From the NCBI GenBank assembly GCA_963663895.2, contig CAXXRD010000002.1, forward strand, positions 160,001 to 224,000: DNA of 64,000 bases. The letters are read 5' to 3'. The notes beneath the pieces are model-generated. The model was given only the letters and a program-made list of their open reading frames with translations, searched no databases and was not told where the DNA came from. Source of the stretch: Dehalococcoidia bacterium (lineage in GTDB: Bacteria > Chloroflexota > Dehalococcoidia > Bin125). Within the stretch, counting starts at the first letter, position 1; every line of letters starts with the position of its first letter. The translations under genes were made by a program, and so were the position numbers. This document shows, in pieces, positions 48,049 through 59,753 of the stretch.

Positions 48049-50540
48049 GCGGACGAGGCCAAGCGCGGGTCTCCCCATCGCAACGCACACCGTCGCGGGA
48101 CGGAGCCGGTGACAAGCTCCTCAAGGTCCTCGCGCTCGAGCGCGCACGGCACTTCGACGACGGAGCAGTGTCGGGCGGCCTCGACCGTTTCTTACGCAAC
48201 GCGATCGCGGGGGCCAAGCCGGGGCAGCCGCTCCTCCAGGCGATCGCCGCCCTCCCCAAGAGCGGATACGCGTCGCTCAGCCAGCGCCAGCGATCGGAGT
48301 GGAACAAGCAAGTCCACGTCCTGCTCAACCCGGGGAGGTCCGGCCCGACGCCGACGGTGAAGCGGGCTCGCGGCGCGACGACCAAGCCCGCGCCGGCGCG
48401 GCCGGCGCGGCCCGCGCCGACGAGCACCGTCGACGCACCCGTCGGCAGCCTGGGACGCGTGCGCGGCACCACCGTACGAAGACTGCAGCGCTTGGGAGTG
48501 GAGACGGTCGAGGACTTGCTCTGGTACTTCCCGCGTCGGCACGTGGATTTCACCAAGATGAAACCGATCGCGGAATTGGTGATGGGAGAAGAGGCGACGA
48601 TCGTCGGGACGGTCCAACGCAGTCGCATCGCCTTCATGGGCAAGCGGATGCGCGCGACCGAAGCGACGATCGCGGACGCCAGCGGCAAGATCCGGGCCGT
48701 GTGGTTCAACCAAACGTACCTCGCCAAACAACTCCGGCAGGGGGAGCGAATAGGACTCGCGGGCAGAGTCAGCGCGTACCGAAAGCGGCTTCAGTTGGAC
48801 AACCCAGAGTGGGAACTCCTGAGCGACGACCCCGCTAAGGATGGGACGCACGTCGGCCGCCTGGTACCGATCTACGGCCTGACCCAGGGGCTCTCCGGAC
48901 GCACCGTGCGCAAGCTGGCGCGCGTCGCAGTGGAGCGAGCGCTGCCGCTCGTATCGGAGTCCCTGCCGCCGGAGGTGTTGGAGGAAACGCAGTATCCGCC
49001 CCTGCAACAAGCGATTCGCGGGCTTCACTTCCCAGAGACGCTGAGCGAGCGCGACATCGCCCGGGAGCGGTTAGCCTTCGAGGAGCTGCTGGCGATTCAG
49101 CTGGCCGTTCTGCAGCGAAAGCGCGCAGCGCGGGCTCGACGCGACGCCCCCCCCGTCGAGCTGACCGGGGAGTTCGTGCAGCGGTTCGTCGATGCGCTGC
49201 CGTTCCAGCTCACCCGCGCGCAGATGCGCACCCTGACGGAGATTCGAGCGGACGTTGCCCGGACGGAGCCGATGGCGCGGCTGCTGCAGGGCGACGTCGG
49301 GGCGGGCAAGACGGTGATCGCGGCAGCGGCCGTCTTGGGAGCGATCGCGGCCGGGTACCAAGGTGCCGTCATGGCACCGACCGAGATCTTGGCCGAGCAG
49401 CATTACCGCACCTTCCAGCGCCTCTTTGGGGGAGAGCGTACAGGGTCGGTATTCCACAACTACACGGTCGTACCGGCGTTAGGCCGGCCGGTCCGAATGG
49501 CGCTCCTGACGGGAAGTGTGAGTGCGGCGCGGAAGCGCGAGGTGCAACAGGCACTGGGCGCCGGCGAGTTGGACCTCGTCATCGGCACCCACGCGCTCAT
49601 TCAGCGGAAGGTAGGGATGGACCGCCTCGGACTGGCGGTGGTCGACGAACAGCATCGCTTCGGGGTCTTACAGCGCGATGCCTTGCGCAGCAAGGGACGC
49701 AGTCCGCACTTGCTGGTCATGACCGCGACGCCGATCCCACGGACGCTGGCGCTGACGATCTACGGGGATCTGGACGCGTCGCGTTTGGACGAGCTGCCGC
49801 CCGGACGTCAGCCGGTGGAGACGCGCTATGTGGAGCCGAGCGGCACGGCAGCGGTATACGCGCGCGTACGGGAAGAGATCGCGGCAGGGCATCAAGTCTT
49901 CGTGATCTGTCCGCTGATCGAGGAATCAGAGCTAGTAGAGACGAAAGCAGCCGTGCAGGAGTTTGAGCGGCTGCGCACGACCGTATTCCCCGATCTGGCG
50001 CCCCGGATGCGACTGCTTCACGGCCGGATGAGCGGCTCCGAAAAGGAGTCCGTGATGGCCGACTTGTTGGCAAAGCGGGCCGATATCCTGGTATCGACGT
50101 CCGTCGTAGAGGTAGGCGTCGATGTGCCGGACGCGACGGTGGTCGTGATCGAAGGAGCGGAGCGCTTCGGACTGTCGCAGCTGCACCAGATGCGGGGGCG
50201 GGTGGGGCGGAGCGCGCACCAGTCGTACTGCTACCTCCTTTCGGATAGCGAGGGGGACGGCACGCGGCGGCTGACGCTCATGGAGCAGACGACGGATGGC
50301 TTCAAGCTGGCGGAGGCCGACCTGGAGATGCGTGGTCCAGGTGAGTACTTCGGCACGCGGCAGTCGGGGCTGCCGGATCTGCGCGTCGCGAAGCTCACCG
50401 ATCGCGCACTGCTCTTCAGCGCGCGGAACTACGCGGAGCGAATTCTGGAGCGGGATCCGCACCTGCGCGCGCCGGAGCATCGGGTCCTCGCAGCGCGCGC
50501 GGGGCAACTGCACGTGGAGGGCGCGCAAGCGGTCCATTAG
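48045..50540 (+). CDS. recG: ATP-dependent DNA helicase RecG
   Basis: QGDVGAGKT, DEQHRFG, MTATPIPRTL, HQMRGRVGR, DLEMRGPGE. Confidence 0.97.
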   Translation: MSGRGQARVSPSQRTPSRDGAGDKLLKVLALERARHFDDGAVSGGLDRFLRNAIAGAKPGQPLLQAIAALPKSGYASLSQRQRSEWNKQVHVLLNPGRSGPTPTVKRARGATTKPAPARPARPAPTSTVDAPVGSLGRVRGTTVRRLQRLGVETVEDLLWYFPRRHVDFTKMKPIAELVMGEEATIVGTVQRSRIAFMGKRMRATEATIADASGKIRAVWFNQTYLAKQLRQGERIGLAGRVSAYRKRLQLDNPEWELLSDDPAKDGTHVGRLVPIYGLTQGLSGRTVRKLARVAVERALPLVSESLPPEVLEETQYPPLQQAIRGLHFPETLSERDIARERLAFEELLAIQLAVLQRKRAARARRDAPPVELTGEFVQRFVDALPFQLTRAQMRTLTEIRADVARTEPMARLLQGDVGAGKTVIAAAAVLGAIAAGYQGAVMAPTEILAEQHYRTFQRLFGGERTGSVFHNYTVVPALGRPVRMALLTGSVSAARKREVQQALGAGELDLVIGTHALIQRKVGMDRLGLAVVDEQHRFGVLQRDALRSKGRSPHLLVMTATPIPRTLALTIYGDLDASRLDELPPGRQPVETRYVEPSGTAAVYARVREEIAAGHQVFVICPLIEESELVETKAAVQEFERLRTTVFPDLAPRMRLLHGRMSGSEKESVMADLLAKRADILVSTSVVEVGVDVPDATVVVIEGAERFGLSQLHQMRGRVGRSAHQSYCYLLSDSEGDGTRRLTLMEQTTDGFKLAEADLEMRGPGEYFGTRQSGLPDLRVAKLTDRALLFSARNYAERILERDPHLRAPEHRVLAARAGQLHVEGAQAVH

Positions 50541-50610
50541 CTGGAACGCAGCGGCCTCGTGCGATGCTGCGCCGCGAAGCTAAGACCGAGCGAACCTATA
50601 CTGGAGGTTC

Positions 50611-52296
50611 ATGACCCAAACAGTGCGCGATCAGATCCGTAGCGCGCTGGCGGCAGCGCTGGCCGCAGCCCAAGATGCGGGTGCATTGCCGCGCATCCCT
50701 ACGACAGAGATGAGCGTGGAGCGGCCGTCCCGCCCGGAGCACGGCGACTACGCCAGTAGCGTGGCGCTGCGAATGGCGGGGATCGTCGGGCGCAAGCCGC
50801 TGGACGTGGCGGAAGCGATCGCAAGCCGGATCGAGTGCGGCGCGATGATCGAAACGGTGGACGTCGCCGCGCCCGGCTTCATCAATCTGCGGTTAACGAC
50901 GGCCTGGAAGGCGGCGCAAGTCGACGCGGTGCTCGCCGCCGGCGACCGTTGGGGCACGCTGGATCGCGGCGCCGGCAAACGGCTGCAGGTGGAGTTCGTA
51001 TCGGCGAACCCGACGGGGCCGTTGCAGGTCGGCAACGGACGCGGGGCGGTGCTGGGCGACACGCTGGCCGCCGTCCTCGCCGCCGCCGGCTACGACGTGC
51101 AGCGCGAGTACTACGTGAACGATGCCGGAGCGCAGATCCACGCCTTCGCGGAGACGCTCTACGCCCGCTACCAGCAGGAACTCGGGCGAGAGGCGTCGCT
51201 GCCGGAGGGAGGCTACGCAGGCGGCTACATGGTGGATCTGGCGCGAGAGATCGTGGCGGAGCAGGGAGCCGCGTGGCTGCGCCCTGAAGGGGAGGGGCCG
51301 CCGGACGCGCTGACCGAGCGCGGCTTAGCGCTGATGATCGAGCGCATCGGAGCCGATCTGGCAGTGTTGGGCGTCCGCTTCGACGAGTGGTTCAGTGAGA
51401 AGTCCCTGTACGAGTCGAACGGGAGCGAGAGCACATATGAGTCGGCGATGGCCCTGCTCAAGGAGAGCGGCGTCGTGCGAGAGCACGAGGGCGCCATCTG
51501 GTTCGCCTCCAAGCAACTCGGGGAAGACAAGGATAACGTGCTCGTGCGACGGAGTGGCGAGCCGACTTACCTGGCATCGGATATCGCCTACCACTACGAC
51601 AAGTTCGTCCGCCGCGGCTTCGATCGCGTGATCAACGTCTGGGGTGCGGACCACCAAGGGCACGTGTCGCGCGTGAAGGCGGCGGCGGAGGTGGTGGGCG
51701 CGCCACGGGACGGGTTGACGATCGTGCTCTACCAGCTCGTGCATTTGCAGCGCGGCGACGAGCGCGTGCGCATGTCGAAGCGGACGGGCGAGATCGTGAC
51801 GCTGCGGGAACTCATTGAGGATGTCGGCAAAGACGTGGCGCGCTTTTTTCTGCTGCAACGCTCGGCCGATGCGCAGATGGACTTCGATCTGGACCGGGCG
51901 ACGAGCCAGGACCCGAAGCAGAATCCGGTCCACTACGTGCAGTACGCGCACGCGCGCGCGGCCAGCATCTTGCGCACGGCCAACGAGGCAGGGTTGCAGC
52001 CCACAGGCGGTCGCACAGCGCTGCTGACGGAGCCGGAGGAGCTGACACTCGTGGCGGAGATGCTGCGGCTGCCCGAGCTGATCGAGAGCATGGCGGAATC
52101 ACTCGAGCCGCACCATCTCACGACGTATGCGCTGGAGCTGGCGCAAGCCTTCACGCAGTACTACGGGGCCTGCCGGGTGGTGAACGTGGACCACTCCGAC
52201 CTGTCACGAGCGCGACTGAAGCTGACCCTGGCGGCGAAGCTAGTGCTGGCACGCACGCTCGGATTGATCGGAGTTGATGCGCCGGAGACGATGTAG
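50611..52296 (+). CDS. argS: Arginine--tRNA ligase
   Basis: EFVSANPTGPL, WGADH, MSKRTG, YVQYAHAR. Confidence 0.97.
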   Translation: MTQTVRDQIRSALAAALAAAQDAGALPRIPTTEMSVERPSRPEHGDYASSVALRMAGIVGRKPLDVAEAIASRIECGAMIETVDVAAPGFINLRLTTAWKAAQVDAVLAAGDRWGTLDRGAGKRLQVEFVSANPTGPLQVGNGRGAVLGDTLAAVLAAAGYDVQREYYVNDAGAQIHAFAETLYARYQQELGREASLPEGGYAGGYMVDLAREIVAEQGAAWLRPEGEGPPDALTERGLALMIERIGADLAVLGVRFDEWFSEKSLYESNGSESTYESAMALLKESGVVREHEGAIWFASKQLGEDKDNVLVRRSGEPTYLASDIAYHYDKFVRRGFDRVINVWGADHQGHVSRVKAAAEVVGAPRDGLTIVLYQLVHLQRGDERVRMSKRTGEIVTLRELIEDVGKDVARFFLLQRSADAQMDFDLDRATSQDPKQNPVHYVQYAHARAASILRTANEAGLQPTGGRTALLTEPEELTLVAEMLRLPELIESMAESLEPHHLTTYALELAQAFTQYYGACRVVNVDHSDLSRARLKLTLAAKLVLARTLGLIGVDAPETM

Positions 52297-52323
52297 CCGA
52301 GGCTATCCGGCGGGAGCGGAGCG

Positions 52324-53361
52324 ATGAGCAAACCGAGCGAGTCATTGGCGCAGGAGCGCGTTTTCGCGGGGATCCGCGCGACGGGGCGGCAGCACATCGG
52401 CAACTACTTCGGGGCGATCAAGAACTTCGTCGCACTGCAAGACCGTTACCAGTGCATCTACTCGATCGTCGACTTGCACTCGCTCACCACGCTGACCGAG
52501 ATCGATCAGCTGTCCAACAGCGTTTTCGAGACGGCGCTGGACCTGATGGCTGCAGGGCTCGATCCCAATCGTTGCGTTCTCTACGTACAGAGTCACGTGC
52601 CAGAGGTGTCCGAGCTGCACTTGCTGTTAAGCATGATGGTGCCCAATGGCTGGCTCTTGCGGGTGCCGACCTTTAAGGAGAAAGCGCGCGCGCAGCCCGA
52701 CAATGTCAACTACGGGCTTGTGGGGTACCCCGTCCTCCAGACGGCGGACATCATTCTGTACAAGGCAAGCCGGGTCCCGGTGGGCCAGGATCAGCTGCCG
52801 CACTTGGAGCTGGCGCGTGAGATCGTCCGGCGCTTCAACCATCACTTCGGCGACATGTTCCCCGAGCCGGAGCCCGTGCTGACGGAAGCACCGCTGCTGC
52901 TGGGAGCGGACCGCCGCAAGATGAGCAAATCCTACGGCAATCAGATCGACTTAGCCGCGTCCGAGGCGGAGTCGCTGGAGCGGGTGCGGCAGTTCATCAC
53001 AGACCCACAGCGCGAGCGCAAGAGCGACCCCGGACGTCCAGAGGTCTGCAATGTGTACAGCCTGCACGCCCTCTTCAACGCGGACGAGCGGCCGGAGGTC
53101 TACCGCAAGTGCACGCAAGCGGAGTGGGGCTGCGTCGATTGCAAACTCCAGCTGGGCAACGCGATCAACGACTCGCTGGGGCCGCTGCGCACGCGGCGGG
53201 CGGAGCTCGCGACACGCCCGGATGAGGTCTGGGAGGCCTTAGCCGAGGGAGCAGAACGGGCGCGGGTCATCGCGCGTTCGGTGCTGGCGGAAGCGCAGGA
53301 ACGGATGGGGCTGCCGCCTGCTCGGAGCCGGATCGCGAAGGATGCGACGGCGCCTTCCTAA
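52324..53361 (+). CDS. trpS: Tryptophan--tRNA ligase
   Basis: HIGN, YPVLQTADI, VGQDQ, KMSKS. Confidence 0.97.
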   Translation: MSKPSESLAQERVFAGIRATGRQHIGNYFGAIKNFVALQDRYQCIYSIVDLHSLTTLTEIDQLSNSVFETALDLMAAGLDPNRCVLYVQSHVPEVSELHLLLSMMVPNGWLLRVPTFKEKARAQPDNVNYGLVGYPVLQTADIILYKASRVPVGQDQLPHLELAREIVRRFNHHFGDMFPEPEPVLTEAPLLLGADRRKMSKSYGNQIDLAASEAESLERVRQFITDPQRERKSDPGRPEVCNVYSLHALFNADERPEVYRKCTQAEWGCVDCKLQLGNAINDSLGPLRTRRAELATRPDEVWEALAEGAERARVIARSVLAEAQERMGLPPARSRIAKDATAPS

Positions 53362-54218
53362 TGCCGGGATCTCCGGACACAGCGACGCTCGCCGGCCGCG
53401 AGCTGCGGCTCCCGCGCGGGGAGTCCGGGCGCAGCGCCCTGGACGTGGCTCGGCGGTGCTCGGCGGTGGCGGGAGAGATGCTGCGGCAGTTCTTCGAGGA
53501 GCGCACGGTCACCGTGTCCTGGAAGGGCGACCGCAACCCGGTGACGCAGGCCGACACCGCCACCGAACGCGCGATTGTGGCGCTGCTGCACGAGGAGTTC
53601 CCAGCACATGCCGTGCTTGCGGAGGAGGGCGGCGGCAGGATCCAAGCAGGTTGGCTGTGGCTGATCGACCCGCTCGACGGCACGCGCAACTTCGCGAGCG
53701 GCGTGCCGCACTTCGCGTTCAATCTGGCGCTCTGCCACGACGGCGCGCCCGTGATCGGCCTCACACTGGACCCGATGCTGGAGGAGGAATTCGTGGCGGT
53801 GCGGGGGCACGGCGCGACGCTTAACGGCGATCCCATCCGGGCGAGCAGCGTCACCGGGCTGCACGAAGCCGTCGTCGGTGCGGGCCTGGGCTACGACGTC
53901 GGGCGGGCGGCGGAGCTGCTCGCCGGGCTGCAGGGGCTGTGGGGTTCGGTGCAGGCGTTGCGGATATGCGGGAGCGCGGCGCTCGATCTCGCCTACACCG
54001 CTGCGGGGCGATTCGACCTGTTCTTACATGCCGACGTCTATCCCTGGGACATTGCGCCGGGGATCGTGCTGATCGAGGAGGCGGGCGGACTCATCACGAC
54101 GGGAGCGCTATGCAGTGACCCGGCGGAGGGCGTCACGATCGAGAGCCACAACGTGGTCGCAGGAGGCCAAGCCGTACTCGCCGACCTCGCGGCGCGCCGT
54201 GCTACCACTCCGGCGTAA
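53361..54218 (+). CDS. Inositol monophosphatase family protein
   Basis: EE, IDPLDGTRNF, GSAALDL, WDIAPG. Confidence 0.92.
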   Translation: MPGSPDTATLAGRELRLPRGESGRSALDVARRCSAVAGEMLRQFFEERTVTVSWKGDRNPVTQADTATERAIVALLHEEFPAHAVLAEEGGGRIQAGWLWLIDPLDGTRNFASGVPHFAFNLALCHDGAPVIGLTLDPMLEEEFVAVRGHGATLNGDPIRASSVTGLHEAVVGAGLGYDVGRAAELLAGLQGLWGSVQALRICGSAALDLAYTAAGRFDLFLHADVYPWDIAPGIVLIEEAGGLITTGALCSDPAEGVTIESHNVVAGGQAVLADLAARRATTPA

Positions 54219-55088
54219 TCGAGCCCAACCAACCGATCGTCATGGCGATCACAACGAACCCCATCCACCAGCGCTGGATGATCAAGCGTTTCTCCGTGAC
54301 GCGGAGCAGCAGCGCGGCCATGACAAGTAGTGATCCCGTGAGGGCGAGCGCAGCAGGCGGCACCAGCCACTCCGCGCGCAAGTTTTCCACGTTGGCCGAC
54401 GCGACCGTCACGATCAGGAAAGCCGCCGTCGCCGCCCAAGCGAGAGGGACGGCGACATCGATAGTGGCCAGATGGAGAAGGTCTCGCCAGCTATCGACAT
54501 CGTCGCGCTCGTAGTCCGGCAGCTTGTAGGCCAGATAGAAGGCGAGACCGGGCCGTCCCGCCCACGGGCACCGACCACCAGAGGACGCCATCGAATCGCT
54601 GCAGGGCGTCGAAGACCCAGAGGGGGAGAAGCGCGAAGGCGAGGCTGAACGGGACCCAGGAGAAGGCGCTGCGCTTCAGCGAGACGGAATAGACCAAAGC
54701 CGCGAGAAACCCCACCGCGAAGAGGAGAAAGGGACGCCAGCCCAAGGAACCGGCAACGGCCAGTGCCACGAGCCCGAGCGCTGCGGCGAGACGCAGCGCC
54801 GCACCCGATCCGATGAGGTCGGAGGCAACCGGCCGCCATAGATGCACCTGGCGGTCGTGCGGGAAGTCCAAGACATCGTTGTAGATCGCGGAGGCGGCCA
54901 TCAGCGCCGCCAAGGCGACGCCGAGGCGCAGTGTCACATGCCAGTTGGGCGTACCCGCTTCCGCGATGAAGGCAAAGCCGATGACCGTGGGCCGTCGCGG
55001 CAATCATCGCGACGGGGCGCACAAGGCGTAGCCAAGCCCAACTCCGCCGGCGCCGCCAGGGGATTCGCGGCTCGGATGTGCGAGGCAT
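54202..55088 (-). CDS. UbiA-superfamily prenyltransferase (two apparent frameshifts)
   Basis: LRLVRP, NDVLDFPHD..RPVAS, YSVSLKR, KLPDYERD spread over three frames. Confidence 0.75.
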
Positions 55089-55170
55089 GAATCGTGTTAC
55101 CCTTCTGTTGGCGAGTTCCCATTGTAGGCACGTACGGCGTGACAAACCGCCGACCGCGGGAGGAGCAACC

Positions 55171-56035
55171 ATGGCGATCATCAACTTCGTTCGGGATTAC
55201 GAGCGCGTCGCGAAGTTCCAGCTGGGCCGCTACGTGGGGCCTCAAAGGCCCCGGAGTCGTGTTCGTCGTCCCCATCATCCAAAGCATGATGAAGGTGGAC
55301 ATGCGGGAGATCTTCTTCGACGTCCCCCCGGCAGACCAACATCACCAAAGACAACGCCAACGTGGACGTGGACTTCGTTGTCTACATGCGGGTGGTCGAC
55401 CCGGAAAAGACCGTGTTGGAGGTCGTCAATTTCGTGGGCGCGGCTCGGCAGCTCGCGATGACGACGCTGCGCGCGGTGATCGGTGACATGAACTTGGACG
55501 ATGTCCTCTCACGGCGAGAAGAGATCAACCAGGGGATGCAGACGAAGCTCGATGAAGTGACAAACCGCTGGGGCGTGAAGGTGACGGCGGTCGAGATCCG
55601 GGAGATCCAACCGCCACCAGCGATCCAAGAGGCGATGACCCGCCAGATGTCCGGCCGAGCGGACGCGACGGGCGCAAATCACGGAATCGGAAGGGCAGCG
55701 GGGACGCCGAGATCAACGTGGCGGAAGGGAACAAGCGAGCGGCGATCCTTCGAGCCGAGGGGGAGAAGCAAGCGGCGATCCTGGAGGCGGAAGGCCACCG
55801 GCAGGCCCAGATCTTGGAGGCGGAAGGGTTCGCCAACGCGCTGCAGCAGATCTACGAGACCGCGCGGGGCGTCGATGCGAATACGATGGGGCTCCAGTAC
55901 CTCGACATGATGCGCGAGCTGGCAACCAAGGAGAACAGTACCTGGATCGTGCCGCTCGACTTCACGCGCATCGCCGCTTCCGTACAGGAGCAGTTGGGAG
56001 CAGCAGGCGGCGATGGAGGCAGCGACCGGAACTAG
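55171..56035 (+). CDS. SPFH/band 7 (stomatin-like) protein (several frameshifts)
   Basis: DYERV..GPG, TKDNA.VDVD, TTLRAVIG, WGVKV..VEIREI, AEGEKQAAILEAEG. Confidence 0.85.
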
Positions 56036-56060
56036 CTCACCGCGCACGCCTCCCGCAGCG

Positions 56061-57248
56061 CTACTTCGCGCCACCCGGGTGCGCGGCCACGAAGCGCTGG
56101 ACCCGCTCCAGCGCTTCTTCGATCTCGGTGAAGGCGGTCGCATAGCAGGCGCGGACATGACCCGCGCCGCCCGCGCCGAAGGCCGATCCGGGCACCACCG
56201 CGACACGCTCCTCGTGCAGCAGACGCTCGGCAAAGGTCTCGTCGTCGAGGCCAGTGACTTGCACGTTGGGGAACGCGTAGAAGGCGCCTCTGGGCTCGAC
56301 GCAAGGGGAGGCCCATCGCGGCGAACCCTTGCCACATCAGCCGGCGGCGGCGGTCGTACTCGCTCGCGCATGGCGACGACGTGCTCCTCGCCACTCTCCA
56401 ACGCTTCAACGGCAGCGTATTGCGCAGGCGTGGGCGCCGACATCATGACGTACTGATTGCACCTTCACAATCGCATCCAACAGAGCGTAGGGCGCAGCCA
56501 CGTAGCCCACGCGCCAACCCGTCATCGCATAGTCCTTGGAAAAGCGCCCAACGTGATCGTGCGCTCGCGCATGCCCGGTAGGGAGGCGATTGCGACGTGC
56601 TTGCCGCCGTAGACGAGACGATCGTAAATCTCGTCCGAGATCACGAGCAGGTCGTGGCGGACAGCGACGGCAGCGATGCCCGCAAGCTGCTCGGCCGAGA
56701 GGACGGCCCCAGTCGGATTGGCGGGGAAGCCGAGTAAGATCGCCTTGGTCCGCTTCGTCACAAGTGCCTCCACGGCTTCCGGACCCAAGGCGAACGCGTT
56801 CGCTGCATCCGTGCGAACGTGCACGGGCACGCCGCCGGCGAACTGCACGGTGGGGGTGTAAGCGACGTAGGACGGATCCGGGACGAATCACTTCGTCGTC
56901 GGGATCAACGATGGCGCGCACGGCAGCGTCGAGCCCTTCAGAGACACCGGCCGTGATGAGAAGCTCGCCGTCTGGGTCGAAGTCGAGGCCGTAGAGGCGA
57001 TGCAGGTGGGCGGCCAAGCGCTGGCGCAGCGCGTGCAGGCCGAAGTTGGACGTGTAATGCGTGTTCCCATTCTCGATGGATCGCATCGCGGCGTCGCGGA
57101 TAGTCCCAAGGCGTGATGAAGTCGGGCTCCCCGACGCCCAGCGAGATCACATCATCCATGGAGGCGACAACGTCAAAGAAGCGGCGAATGCCGGAGGGGA
57201 GAGAACCGCGCGAACACGCCGGGCGATCCGGGAGGCCTGACCGTCCAT
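56061..57248 (-). CDS. Class I/II PLP aminotransferase (YugH/AspC-like; several frameshifts)
   Basis: SGIRRFFD, SLGVGEPDF, PANPTG, SDEIY, FSK.YAMTGWRVG, GAFY, VPGSAFG. Confidence 0.85.
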
Positions 57249-57283
57249 CAGTGTTTAACGCCGCGCGACACGGAAGAAGCGCA

Positions 57284-57767
57284 TCAGGGCATGACCAACT
57301 GGCGATCGACCTCCTCGGTAGAGCCGGAGGAGGACGTCGTTCTCTTTGTAGCGCCGCATGATGACGTGCGTCACGGTGCTCTGGATGCCGTGCATGGTGG
57401 CGAGCTTCTCACCGACGAAGTCCGAGACTTCGTGGATTAGACTGGCCGCGCGGACGATGACGGCGAGGTCGTACGATCCGGAAGTGAGGTAGCAGGAGAT
57501 CACATTATCGAAACCGGAGACGCGCGCCGCCACGGCCCCATAACCCACGTTCTCCTCCGGCTGCACTTTGACTTCAACGAGGGCGTGTACTTGCGGCCGG
57601 CCGGCGGCTTCCCAGTTAATGCGGGCGCCGTAGCCCACGACCACGTGGCGCGCTTCCGCTTCCGCGACGAGGGCGCGTATTTCGTCTTCATGCCGGTCCG
57701 TTTCATTCGCGATCTCAGCCGGAGTGAGGCGGCCGTCTCGCTCGAGTGCACGGAGGATCTCTTCCAT
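57284..57767 (-). CDS. Lrp/AsnC family regulator (YugG-like; frameshift near the 3' end)
   Basis: EILRALERDGR, IEVKV-like motif, SGSYDL, STVTHVIMRRYK. Confidence 0.85.
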
Positions 57768-57891
57768 GGCAGCCTCACATTCTGCATTGCGCGGCGCAGG
57801 GCGTGCTGTCGCGATCGATCGTAGGCGCGGCTCCACGCAGGGTCCAACAGCAGCGCACGGGCACGTTCAGCATACGTGAGCACAGCCAGCG

Positions 57892-59373
57892 CTAGAGCAT
57901 CGGCAGGCGAGTGTGCCAGTCCGTCGCTCGCTCGTACGCCGCGGCACCGCGGAAGAGCGTGACTTCGTCCCAACTATCCGCGACGAACTGGAGCCCCACG
58001 GGCAGGCCGCCGCGGCCAAAGCCGCAGGGCTGTGAGATCGCGGGGAGGCCAGCGATGCTGGCTGGAAAGCGTGAAGATGTCATTGAGGTACATCTCGTAG
58101 GGATCGCTGACCGCACCGATCTGGAAGGCGACCGTGGGAGCGGTCCGGAGCCACGATGAGGCTGGTAGCGGCTGAAGAGATCGCGCAACTCGCGCCGGAT
58201 CAGCCGGTGCGCACTTTCTGCGCTTGCAGATAGTAGGCATCGTAATAGCCAGCGGAGAGAGCGTAGGTTCCCAGCAGGATCCGGCGCTTCACCTCATCAC
58301 CGAAGCCGTGCTGGCGAGTCCTTCTCCATGTCATCCCACATGGAATCGTCACCGCGGTAGGCATAGCCGTACTTGACGCCGTCGTAGCGCGCCAGATTCG
58401 CGGAGGCCTCCGAGGGAGCGATGATGTAGTAAACGGGCAAGGCTGCCTTCGCTAGGGGCAGGGACGTGTCGCGATCGACGATGGCCCCCTGCTCCTCCAG
58501 GACCGCGATTGCCGCCTCGACCGCTTCCGCCACCTCGGGCTCCATGCGATCAGCGTCCCTGAAGAACTCCCGCGGAGCAGCGATGCGCAGCCCCTTTACC
58601 CCCCGATCGAGCTCCGAGGCGAAGTCCGGAGCCGGATAGGCAGCGGAAGTGGAGTCGCACGGGTCATGCCCGGCGATCGCTTGTAACAGCGTCGCCGCGT
58701 CCTCGACGGAGTGCGCGCGAAGGGGCCGATCTGGTCGAGGGAGTTGGCGAACGCAATCAAGCCATAGCGGCTTACGCGGCCGTAGGTTGGCTTCATTCCA
58801 ACGACGCCACAGAAAGCCGCCGGCTGCCGGATGGATCCGCCAGTGTCGGAGCCGAGGGAGGCCGGCACCATCCCCGCAGCGACCGCGGCGGCCGAGCCGC
58901 CGGAGGAGCCGCCCGGGACACAGTCGAGGTTCCAAGGGTTGCGCGTGGGGAAGAAAGCCGAGTGCTCGGTGGAGGATCCCATGGCGAATTCGTCCATATT
59001 GGTCTTGCCGACCACGACCGCGCCCTGCCTCTTTGAGCTTGCGGGTGACGAATGCATCATCAACGGGTTCGTAATGCTCAAGCATCTTGGAGCCGCACGT
59101 GGTGCGGACTCCCGCGGTAGTGATGACATCCTTGAGCGCGAGCGGCACGCCTGTGAGAGGACCGGCCGTTTCATTAGCGATCCGGGCGTCGGCGGCCGCG
59201 GCGGCGGCCAGCGCTTCCTCTTCCGTGACCGTCACGAAGGCCCGGACATGCGCATCCACGCTCCGGACGCGCGCCAGAGCCGCGCGGGTCAGTTGCTGCG
59301 AAGTAGTATCGCCGTCGCGAAGGGCGCGTGCCGCCGCGGCCAGGCTCCAGCCGGGGCCATGCGAGTCCATCAT
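57892..59373 (-). CDS. gatA: Asp/Glu-tRNA amidotransferase subunit A (several frameshifts)
   Basis: [60 protein letters not shown]. Confidence 0.93.
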
Positions 59374-59655
59374 TCCAATACCGCCCGGATCCGGAAGAGA
59401 CCTTCTTCCACGGCGGGAGCGTTGTGGAGCACGGCATCGCGGCTATAGGAAGGCGTCGGTTGATCGGGAGCGGTGACGTTGAGCAAGTCGGCGCCGTTGG
59501 CGGTGGGAGGAACACCCGTCGTCTCGATCTCCTGCAGGACGCGAATGTGCCGAGTACGCTCGATAGTTCGCTTTGGAACCGAGCCCACGTCTTCGTCCGT
59601 CATGCCTATGCGAGCAAGGAGAGCATGTGCCGGACTTCAGCGGCGTGAGATCCAT
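59370..59655 (-). CDS. gatC: Asp/Glu-tRNA amidotransferase subunit C (frameshifted)
   Basis: EVRH..LARIGMTDED...LQEIETTGVPPT...[15 protein letters not shown]; stop overlaps the gatA start. Confidence 0.8.
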
Positions 59656-59753
59656 GCCGTCGGTCCTCTCGACATCACCATATGGCGCATGGCGACCGCA
59701 GTCAGAGTCGATGCTACGCTACTTCCCGAATCGTGCGGGGGCCGACGGAAGGC

